The notes under the pieces: model-generated | Told to the model about the DNA's origin: nothing | The model's database searches: none | The model's input: only the letters and a program-made list of their open reading frames with translations | Shown: piece after piece, positions 1-6,549 of the stretch | Numbering within the stretch: the stretch's first letter is position 1 | Layout: each line of letters opens with the position of its first letter | DNA from: an archaeon | GTDB lineage: Archaea; Iainarchaeota; Iainarchaeia; Iainarchaeales; CSSED10-239 | Length of the DNA: 10,382 bases | NCBI GenBank assembly: GCA_037147375.1 | Contig: JBAWVI010000026.1 | Coordinates: forward strand, 1 to 10,382 | Reading direction: 5' to 3' | Made by a program: the position numbers and the translations under genes

Positions 1-2
1 TT

Positions 3-416
3 GTTGAAGGTAAGTCTTATCTTCTTGAAGGAGTTATTGTTTCAATTAATAAAAATAAATTAAGATTTTTTAAATGTCCAACCTGTAATGAGAAGATACA
101 ATCAATTGATGGTGAGTTTATTTGTGAAAAATGTAATAAGGCTGTTGATCCAATTGTAAACTTATTTGGTTCTCTTGATATTGATGATGGAACAGGGGTT
201 ATGCGTATTGTTTTCTTTAATGATATTGCAACTAAATTATATTCTTTAAATCCACAAGATTTAAAGAAAGAAATAAATGAAGAAGAAAGAAACAATATTT
301 TTGAGGCACTTGAAGCAAACCTTGCTGGTAAGAAGATATCAGTAACTGGAAGAGGAAGAATGAATAACTTCTCTGGTAAAGTTGAGTTCCTTTGTGATTC
401 TCTTGAAGTTGCATAA
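3..416 (+). CDS. rpa: Replication protein A (RPA/RFA-type ssDNA-binding protein), C-terminal fragment; the 5' end lies outside the window
   Basis: Frame 3 is open from the window edge to TAA 414-416; the ORF track shows only the part from the internal Met at 201. The translation reads VEGKSYLLEGVIVSINKNKLRFFKCPTCNEKIQSIDGEFICEKCNKAVDPIVNLFGSLDIDDGTGVMRIVFF... It contains a C-x2-C-x12-C-x2-C zinc ribbon (nt 75-134) inside an OB-fold-like segment. The following 'LD(I)DDGTG.MR' block is typical of archaeal RPA zinc-containing OB domains. Proximity to MCM is consistent with this call. Confidence 0.8.
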   Translation, partial: VEGKSYLLEGVIVSINKNKLRFFKCPTCNEKIQSIDGEFICEKCNKAVDPIVNLFGSLDIDDGTGVMRIVFFNDIATKLYSLNPQDLKKEINEEERNNIFEALEANLAGKKISVTGRGRMNNFSGKVEFLCDSLEVA

Positions 417-437
417 TTGTAATTAGTTTGATTGTGT

Positions 438-474
438 GGGTTTTTGAAAGGCGCCAGTTTGCTTTCCAAACTCC
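438..474 (+). terminator. Imperfect stem-loop just downstream of the RPA stop; possibly a terminator or structured element
   Basis: The left arm gggtttttgaaag (438-450) pairs with the right arm ctttccaaactcc (462-474) around an 11-nt loop, gcgccagtttg. The stem covers 13 positions with 2 mismatches and 1 G-U pair. No oligo-T run follows, so the terminator role is weak. Confidence 0.25.
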
Positions 475-495
475 ATCAAATTATATTTGCTTTCC
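458..495. repeat. Direct 10-nt repeat TTTGCTTTCC x2 in the RPA/Bro-N spacer
   Basis: Exact copies lie at 458-467 and 486-495, 28 nt apart. A degenerate third copy (gcttttc, 525-531) follows. The first copy overlaps the right arm of the 438-474 stem-loop. Confidence 0.3.
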
Positions 496-693
496 TTCTT
501 ATTATATATTGAAATTTTCAATCCGCTTTTCTTTTGGGAAATACTTGGTTAATAGTTAAAATGCCTTATAACTAATTAACAACTTTAGAGTATCAAAATA
601 AAGAACATGAACAACAAGGTCATTATGCTTGGCCAGGTACCCCCCCGAAAGGAATATATTCAACCAATTTTATTATATATGTGGTGACTTGTA

Positions 694-1527
694 ATGGATA
701 TTGATAATAAGAAGAAGTTGGTTGTGTTCGAAAATAAAAAGATAAGAAGAATATGGTATAATGATGATTGGTTCTTTTCAGTTGTAGATGTTGTTGGTGC
801 ATTAACTGATAGTCCAGATCCACGAAACTATTGGAAGGTTCTTAAATTTAGAGAAGAACAGTTGGTTACAAATTGTAACCAACTGAAATTAGAATCCTCT
901 GATGGTAAATTCTATGAAACTGATTGTGCAAACCTTGAAGGAATGTTTAGAATAATTCAATCAATTCCATCTAAAAAAGCAGAACCTTTCAAACTTTGGC
1001 TTGCAAGAGTAGGAAATGAAAGAATAAATGAAATGCATGACCCTGAACTCACAATAGATCGTGCAATGAAAGATTACTTTAGAAAAGGTTATTCAAAAGA
1101 ATGGATTAATCAAAGATTAAAAACAATTGAAGTTAGAAAAGATTTAACTGATGAGTGGAACAGGGTTGGAATTGAAAAAGACTCAGATTACGCAATTCTT
1201 ACAAACGAACTCACAAAAGCTTGGTCTGGAAAAACCGTTGGAGAATATAAAGACCTAAAAAATATTAAGAAAGAAAACTTAAGAGATAACATGACTAATC
1301 TTGAACTTGTGTTAAATATGCTTGCAGAAGCAACCACTACAGAAATTTCAAAAAAAGAAGACCCTCAAACATTTACTGAAAGTAAAGTTATTGCAAACAA
1401 AGGTGGAACAATTGCAGGGAACACAAGAAAAGAAATTGAAACACATTTAGGAAAGAGTATAGTTACATCAAGAAACGCAAAAGATATTCTTTTAGAAAAA
1501 AAAGTAAAACAAAAATTAATAAAATAA
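694..1527 (+). CDS. Bro-N domain / DinD-like protein (DNA-damage-inducible protein D family; antirepressor-like)
   Basis: The ORF encodes 277 aa, with ggtga at 683-687 six nt before the ATG. The N-terminus LVVFENKKIRRIWYNDDWFFSVVDVVGALTDSPDPRNYWKVLKFR fits the Bro-N pattern (F-x-IR...WF-x-DV...L). From memory, the C-terminal two-thirds is collinear with E. coli DinD-type proteins, for example LRDNMTNLELVLNMLAEATTTEI and ANKGGTIAGNTRKEIETHLG. Confidence 0.75.
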   Translation: MDIDNKKKLVVFENKKIRRIWYNDDWFFSVVDVVGALTDSPDPRNYWKVLKFREEQLVTNCNQLKLESSDGKFYETDCANLEGMFRIIQSIPSKKAEPFKLWLARVGNERINEMHDPELTIDRAMKDYFRKGYSKEWINQRLKTIEVRKDLTDEWNRVGIEKDSDYAILTNELTKAWSGKTVGEYKDLKNIKKENLRDNMTNLELVLNMLAEATTTEISKKEDPQTFTESKVIANKGGTIAGNTRKEIETHLGKSIVTSRNAKDILLEKKVKQKLIK

Positions 1528-1546
1528 AATAAATTTGTGATTAAAA

Positions 1547-3694
1547 ATGGTTGAAGACTTTGATTTTGAAGATTTTGAAACAACAGAAAACGTAACTAGA
1601 ACTAATGTGGCTGTTGATGATTACATAAACACATTCCAAGATTTCTTTGAAACTATATGTAAAAGAGATATTGAATATCTTGCTTCAAATTACCCAACTG
1701 AAAGAAGCTTAATGGTTGATTATAAAAAACTTGAAGACTTTGATCTCCCCTTAGCTGAAAAACTTCTTGAAAACCCAAACCTTTTACTTGAAGCTGCAAA
1801 CATAGCTATTAAGAAAATGGATGTTGGTATTCTTGATTCTGAAGTTGAAATGAAGTTTGAACCAATCGTAAGATTTTTTAATATCCCAAAGGAATATAGA
1901 ATCGAAATTAGAGATATTGGTGCTGATCAAATCTCAAAACTAATTTCTGTTGAAGGAACAATTAGAATAACAACAGAAAGACTTGAAAAACTAACTATAG
2001 CTCATTTTGTTTGTAAGTCTTGTGGAACAAGTGTTGATGTTATTCAAAAAACACAAATCATGGTTAAGCCTTTATTTTGTCCTGATTGTAAAAAACGTGA
2101 GTTTGATTTAGATTTAGATCAAAGTAAGTTTATTGATTATCAGAAACTAAACATGCAAGAACCTCTTGAGAATCTAAAAGGTAGTGATCAAGCTAACAAT
2201 ATAGAAGTTTTTATTTCTGATGATCTTGTTAATCTTTGTTCAGCTGGAGATAAAATAATAGTTACTGGAATCATGAAGCTTAGACCTCCAAAGGGAGATC
2301 AAAATATTTATACTAAATATCTTCTTGCAAATCATATTGAACAAATTGATCAAGAATATAGTGAGCTTAAGATATCTCCTGAAGAAGAACAAGAGATTAT
2401 TGAGCTTTCAAAGAAAGATGATGTTTATGATTTATTATCTTCATCTGTTGCTCCAATGATTTTTGGGCATGAGGTTGTTAAGGAAGCAATCACCTTACAA
2501 ATGTTTGGTGGTGTTAAAAAAGATTTTGCTAAACAATCACTTCGTGGAAATATACACATTCTTTTAGTTGGAGATCCATCAACTGGAAAATCTCAATTAC
2601 TTAAATATGCAGATATCCTTGCTCCAAAAAGTATTTATGTTGCAGGAAAGACTGCATCTGGTGCAGGTTTAACTGTGTCAGCTGTTAAGGATGAGTTTGG
2701 AGATGGAGGGTGGACACTAAAAGCTGGTGCTGTTGTTCTTGCAAGTGGTGGAATGGCAATGATTGATGAATTTGATAAAATGCTACCAGACGATAGATCA
2801 GCTCTTCACGAAGCAATGGCTCAAGGAACAGTTTCTGTTTCAAAGGCTGGGCTTTACACAAAGTTTAAAGCAGATACATCTATCTTAGCTGCAGCAAATC
2901 CAAAGTACAATAGATTTGATAGATATAAAAATCCAATTGAGCAAATTGATCTTCCTTTTTCATTAATTTCAAGATTTGATTTATATTTTATTATTCCAGA
3001 TATTTTAGATAGAGGAATGGACTTAAGTATTACTAAACACATTTTAAAAACACATAGACTTGCTCAACAATACACAGGTATTGAAAAAAACAAATCAATT
3101 TCAAAAGAAGAATTACAAATTATTGAAAAAGAAATTTCTCCAAAGATTAAACCTGATTTATTTAAGAAGTATGTTGCATTTGCAAGACAGAATATAATTC
3201 CTGTTCTCTCAGAAGAAGCATCAAACAAGATACTTAATTATTATGTTGAGTTAAGAGATCTTGGACGTGGAAAGAAAAGTTTTACAGCAACTCCTCGTCA
3301 ATTAGAAGGATTAATTAGATTATCTGAAGCAAGTGCTAAAATTAAACTTAAATCAATTATTGATCCAGAGGATGCTGAAAGAGCAATTAGAATATTTAAA
3401 ACCTCTCTTGAACAAACAGCAACTGATAAGGAAACAGGTGTTATTGATATTGATATCTTAACAACTGGTCAATCACAAAGTGAAAGAAACTTTATGAAGA
3501 ACATTACAAAGCTTATCAGAGACTTAACTGTAGATGGTAATCCAGTTCCTGTTTCAAAGGTTCTTGAATTGGCAGTTAAGGAAAACATGCCTGAAGAAAG
3601 AGTAAGAGAAGCAATCTCCAAGCTTAAGAAGATTGGAGATCTTTATGAACCAAGAGCAGGTCTTTTAAAGGTTACAGAACCAGATAATATTTAA
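1547..3694 (+). CDS. mcm: MCM (minichromosome maintenance) replicative helicase
   Basis: The ORF encodes 715 aa, with gtgat at 1537-1541 five nt before the ATG. The zinc motif is CKSC (2012-2023) ... CPDC (2078-2089). The AAA+ core has Walker A GDPSTGKS (2570-2593), Walker B IDEFD (2762-2776) and arginine-finger SRFD (2969-2980). A winged-helix-like C-terminus is present (VSKVLELAVKENMPEERVREAISKLKKIGDLYEP). There is no intein-sized insertion. Confidence 0.97.
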   Translation: MVEDFDFEDFETTENVTRTNVAVDDYINTFQDFFETICKRDIEYLASNYPTERSLMVDYKKLEDFDLPLAEKLLENPNLLLEAANIAIKKMDVGILDSEVEMKFEPIVRFFNIPKEYRIEIRDIGADQISKLISVEGTIRITTERLEKLTIAHFVCKSCGTSVDVIQKTQIMVKPLFCPDCKKREFDLDLDQSKFIDYQKLNMQEPLENLKGSDQANNIEVFISDDLVNLCSAGDKIIVTGIMKLRPPKGDQNIYTKYLLANHIEQIDQEYSELKISPEEEQEIIELSKKDDVYDLLSSSVAPMIFGHEVVKEAITLQMFGGVKKDFAKQSLRGNIHILLVGDPSTGKSQLLKYADILAPKSIYVAGKTASGAGLTVSAVKDEFGDGGWTLKAGAVVLASGGMAMIDEFDKMLPDDRSALHEAMAQGTVSVSKAGLYTKFKADTSILAAANPKYNRFDRYKNPIEQIDLPFSLISRFDLYFIIPDILDRGMDLSITKHILKTHRLAQQYTGIEKNKSISKEELQIIEKEISPKIKPDLFKKYVAFARQNIIPVLSEEASNKILNYYVELRDLGRGKKSFTATPRQLEGLIRLSEASAKIKLKSIIDPEDAERAIRIFKTSLEQTATDKETGVIDIDILTTGQSQSERNFMKNITKLIRDLTVDGNPVPVSKVLELAVKENMPEERVREAISKLKKIGDLYEPRAGLLKVTEPDNI

Positions 3695-3755
3695 TTAACT
3701 GGTTCTTGTATCATCTATAGATAGTTATTAAAAAGATGTTGCTTATAATATTTCT

Positions 3756-4313
3756 ATGCACTTAGATGTTATTAAATTTGGAATAAAAACTAAATATAAG
3801 ATTACAGATGCAATAATACAACAAATGTATAATATTCAAAAATTAAATTATAAACTTGAGCATCCAAAAATACAATTTAAGGACTTAGATGCATATAAAG
3901 TTGATTTAAAAAAAAATCTTAAAAGAGATGAATTTAAGTTGTATGTTGTTAGTGGTAATAATGTTATTTATGGATTTCTAGATGGAGTAATAGTAAGCGC
4001 AACCAAAGCAAATAATTTTTTTGTTTCTTCTGTGCATATTAAGGAAAGAGATCATTTTGTGGTAGATGACTTTGCAAAAGCGGTGTTGCTAGACCTTGCA
4101 AAAAATGAGTTTGTTGGGAAAATTAAATTTAATCACACCCCTCACGAGCATCCAATCTTTAATGGAATAATAAGAAGAGTTACTTCTCTTGATCACGAAA
4201 ATAGTATGTTTAAATTCACTCATGAAATCTTTTCAAAAGACAGGGATATACCTGATAGAAGCCTAGTTCACATAAATAGAATAAAAAAAGAAATACCACA
4301 TAAACCACGTTAA
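3756..4313 (+). CDS. Hypothetical protein, His-rich; possibly a degenerate GNAT-like fold
   Basis: The ORF encodes 185 aa with clean coding-like composition, no TM segment and no signal peptide. The stretch KLYVVSGNNVIYGFLDGVIV...FFVSSVHIKERDHFVVDDFAKAVLLDLAKNEFVGKIKFNHTPHEHPIFNGIIRRV has the beta-beta-beta-alpha-beta rhythm of GNAT acetyltransferases. It lacks the R/Q-x-x-G-x-G/A CoA loop. I recognise no family. Confidence 0.55.
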   Translation: MHLDVIKFGIKTKYKITDAIIQQMYNIQKLNYKLEHPKIQFKDLDAYKVDLKKNLKRDEFKLYVVSGNNVIYGFLDGVIVSATKANNFFVSSVHIKERDHFVVDDFAKAVLLDLAKNEFVGKIKFNHTPHEHPIFNGIIRRVTSLDHENSMFKFTHEIFSKDRDIPDRSLVHINRIKKEIPHKPR

Positions 4314-4326
4314 ATATTGATTAAAA

Positions 4327-5235
4327 ATGAAATTGAAATCAAAAACAAAAATTAAACCTAAACTCAAACCAAAACAAAAGGAACCTGAAAAAATAAAAAG
4401 TAATTCATATTTAATTTATCTTATTATTATTTTTCTTGTTATTCAGATAATTGGTCTCGTTGTTGCATCTTACTATTCAAGAACAGATGCAATTAAGGGT
4501 GTGCTAACTGATGATCCAAATGATATTATTAATGCACTTTTTATAATTGGAGAAATATTAGTGTTTACTGGTGTTGTTCTTTTGCTTAAGAGATTTTTCA
4601 AAAGTGGAAATTATCTTTACGTTTTTGAGTTTCTAGCATTGTTTGTAGGAATTGTTGTTGTTCTTGATGTTTTCCTATCCTACCTTCTTGCAATAATTAT
4701 TTCTTTTGTTCTTCTAGTTATAAAAAGATATATGAAAGATAAGGTTAAGTTCAAGAAACTACTTATGTGGTATAACAATATCTTGCTTGGCCTAGCAATT
4801 GCGGGTGCTGGAGCAATCATTGGTTTATCCTTAGGACTTATTCCAATAATTGTTTTCTTAGTTCTTCTTTCAATATATGATATTATTGCTGTGTTTTACA
4901 CAAAGCATATGGTTGTTTTAGCTAAGATGTTTATTAAAAAAAAGATTGCATTAACTTTTTCAATTCCATCAAAGGAAAGAGTATTTCAATTAGGTGGAGG
5001 AGACATTGTTATTCCTCTTACACTTTCAGCAAGTTATTTTTTCATATTAATAAAGAGCTTTTCATTTTGGGTTTCAATAATTCCAATCATCTTAATTTGG
5101 ATATCTTCTCTTCTAGGGTTAATTTGGACTTTTTGGATTTTAAGAACAGGAAAAGCAAAGGTTATGCCTGCTCTTCCAGCACAAACCCTTCTAATGCTAG
5201 TGGTTGTAATTGTTAGCTATATAATTCTCTTCTAA
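4327..5235 (+). CDS. Presenilin / signal-peptide-peptidase-type intramembrane aspartyl protease (peptidase family A22, archaeal PSH-like)
   Basis: The ORF encodes 302 aa with about 9 hydrophobic segments. All three signature motifs occur in the correct order. The YD motif is in LSIYDIIAVFY (Asp codon 4879-4881). The GxGD motif is in FQLGGGDIVIP (Asp codon 5002-5004). The PAL motif is in VMPALPAQ (5167-5175). The N-terminal tail is Lys-rich (KLKSKTKIKPKLKPKQKEPEKIK). Confidence 0.85.
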   Translation: MKLKSKTKIKPKLKPKQKEPEKIKSNSYLIYLIIIFLVIQIIGLVVASYYSRTDAIKGVLTDDPNDIINALFIIGEILVFTGVVLLLKRFFKSGNYLYVFEFLALFVGIVVVLDVFLSYLLAIIISFVLLVIKRYMKDKVKFKKLLMWYNNILLGLAIAGAGAIIGLSLGLIPIIVFLVLLSIYDIIAVFYTKHMVVLAKMFIKKKIALTFSIPSKERVFQLGGGDIVIPLTLSASYFFILIKSFSFWVSIIPIILIWISSLLGLIWTFWILRTGKAKVMPALPAQTLLMLVVVIVSYIILF

Positions 5236-5248
5236 TTACTTCCCTTTC

Positions 5249-5284
5249 ATTTTTAAATAGTTCTCTCAATATATTATATATAAG
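5249..5284 (+). promoter_or_regulatory. AT-rich TATA-box-like region upstream of the aIF2-beta operon
   Basis: The elements tttttaaatag (5250-5260) and atattatatataag (5271-5284) lie in the only sizeable spacer before the translation-factor block. A gtgat SD-like motif follows at 5301-5305. Which element is the functional TATA box cannot be decided from the sequence. Confidence 0.3.
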
Positions 5285-5308
5285 ACTAATAAAGTTATAA
5301 GTGATAAA

Positions 5309-5761
5309 ATGACTGACGCAAAAACTAAAACAAAACCAGAAACTAAGGAATTAGATTTAAATTATAAAGAACTTCTTAATAGAATATATATGGCTCTACC
5401 AGAAAGAACAACAGGAGATTCTCGTTTTGAACTTCCAGTTGCAGATTCAATCATACAAGGTAAGCAAACTATTTGGAAAAACTTTACTAAATGCTCAAAA
5501 GACCTAAAAAGAGAACAAGATCAATTGTATAAGTTTGTTATGAAAGAAATATCTACTTCATCAACAATTACAAATCAAACTCTTGTTTTAAATGGTATCT
5601 TTAATAATTATAAATTAAATCAAATATTAACAAAGTACATTAATAATTATGTTTTATGTTCTGCTTGTAAAAAGCCAGACACAGACATAGTTTCTCAAGC
5701 AGGAATAAAGGTTCTTAAGTGTTCTGCATGTGGTGCAGTTACACCTTTACAAAAATTATAA
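5309..5761 (+). CDS. eif2b: Translation initiation factor aIF2 beta subunit
   Basis: The ORF encodes 150 aa. The block YKELLNRIYMALPE...RFELPVADSIIQGKQTIWKNF...LYKFVMKEI.T...I....LVLNG.F matches the eIF2-beta/eIF5 core. The C-terminal zinc ribbon is CSAC...CSAC (5657-5731). Confidence 0.93.
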   Translation: MTDAKTKTKPETKELDLNYKELLNRIYMALPERTTGDSRFELPVADSIIQGKQTIWKNFTKCSKDLKREQDQLYKFVMKEISTSSTITNQTLVLNGIFNNYKLNQILTKYINNYVLCSACKKPDTDIVSQAGIKVLKCSACGAVTPLQKL

Positions 5762-5784
5762 AATTTAAATTAGTGATTAAAAAA

Positions 5785-6075
5785 ATGATAGGTAAAAAAC
5801 ATATAATAGATGGAAAAATTATATTTGCTGCATGTGATAAAGAATTACTAAATAAAAAAATTGAACATGAAGATGCAGTTATAGAAATAAATGAATCTTT
5901 TTTTGGAAACGCAGATTTAACAGAAGCAGAAATTATTAAAGCTATTGAAGAATGTGATAGTGCAAACCTTTTTGGAAAAAATGTTTGTAACATCCTAATA
6001 ACTAACAACCTACTATTAAAAGATCATCTAATTTATCTTGGAGACGTGCCACACGCACAAATATATAAATTATAA
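5785..6075 (+). CDS. DUF424-family protein (archaeal conserved protein that usually follows aIF2-beta)
   Basis: I place the start at ATG 5785 (MIGKKHIIDGKIIFAACDKELLNKK...) rather than the track's 5719. Starting at 5719 would overlap the aIF2-beta zinc ribbon. The gtgat at 5773-5777 lies 7 nt before 5785. The patterns 'AACD.ELL.K' and C-terminal 'G.VPHAQIY', plus the position after aIF2-beta, match my recollection of DUF424/COG2412. Confidence 0.6.
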   Translation: MIGKKHIIDGKIIFAACDKELLNKKIEHEDAVIEINESFFGNADLTEAEIIKAIEECDSANLFGKNVCNILITNNLLLKDHLIYLGDVPHAQIYKL

Positions 6076-6094
6076 AAATTAAAGGTGAAAAGAC

Positions 6095-6526
6095 TTGGAA
6101 AAGAAAAATACTGGAACTGATTTTGCAGTTAAAAGACTTAGAGTACCAAACACACAAATCTTAGAAATGTTTGGTAAGGTAATACAGCTTATGGGAGTTA
6201 ACAATATTCAAATCATTTGTGAAGATGGTAAGGAAAGAATTTGTAGAATCCCAGGAAAGATGTTTAAGCATATCTGGTTAAAGCCAGGAGATATTGTAAT
6301 TATTAAGTTATGGGATTTTCAACCAACTAAGGGAGACGTTGTTTGGAGATACATTGGTTTTCAAATAACTCAACTTGAAAAAAGAGGATTAATGACAGAA
6401 CTTTACAAGCACACACATGATACAATACACCAAGACAATTACAGAGGATACTACAATGCTCCAAAGGAAGTAGCTCCTGAAGAAGAAATTGTTCTTGTAA
6501 CTGAAGATCCTGATGAAAAATCCTAA
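6095..6526 (+). CDS. eif1a: Translation initiation factor aIF1A (S1-like OB fold) with a C-terminal extension
   Basis: The ORF encodes 143 aa. It starts at TTG 6095, preceded by ggtga at 6084-6088. The block VKRLRVPN...EMFGKVIQLMG.N...I.CEDGKERICRIPGKM.KHIWLKPGDIVIIKLWDFQ..KGDVVWRY matches the eIF1A core. The region upstream of the first ATG (6167) is part of that conserved core, which supports the TTG start. Confidence 0.9.
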   Translation: MEKKNTGTDFAVKRLRVPNTQILEMFGKVIQLMGVNNIQIICEDGKERICRIPGKMFKHIWLKPGDIVIIKLWDFQPTKGDVVWRYIGFQITQLEKRGLMTELYKHTHDTIHQDNYRGYYNAPKEVAPEEEIVLVTEDPDEKS

Positions 6527-6549
6527 AATAAATTATTAAATGTTTTATT

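Noticed and set aside
17-469. A 150-aa ORF on the - strand, plus the 60-aa ORF at 232-414 (- strand)
   Set aside because: Both are antisense to the RPA C-terminal domain, which has a clear zinc ribbon and OB signature on the + strand. Their translations are low-complexity Ser/Phe/Leu/Ile-rich with no motif. This is a typical shadow ORF in AT-rich DNA.
607-687. A 26-aa ORF (MNNKVIMLGQVPPRKEYIQPILLYMW) in the spacer, ending inside the Bro-N SD; a possible leader peptide
   Set aside because: It is too short to support from sequence alone, and it has no SD or conservation evidence. I mention it only as a possibility under the spacer finding.
417-693. A tRNA, split-tRNA half or C/D-box sRNA in the long spacer
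   Set aside because: I could find no acceptor/T-arm pattern (GTTC.A..C) and no RTGATGA...CTGA box pair on either strand. This needs tRNAscan or Infernal to be definitive.
623-823. A 66-aa ORF on the - strand spanning the Bro-N start and part of the spacer
   Set aside because: It overlaps the well-supported Bro-N N-terminus and has odd composition (His/Gln/Tyr/Thr runs). No start signal is visible.
1547-3694. A possible intein or insertion in MCM
   Set aside because: The protein has ordinary MCM length. The Walker A, Walker B and arginine-finger blocks are contiguous at normal spacing, and there is no Cys/Ser...HN-type splicing junction.
5719-5784. An upstream start (ATG 5719) for the DUF424 ORF
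   Set aside because: It would overlap the aIF2-beta zinc ribbon by 43 nt and add a Cys/Trp/Phe-rich peptide (MFCMWCSYTFTK...). ATG 5785 has a gtgat SD and gives the expected family N-terminus.
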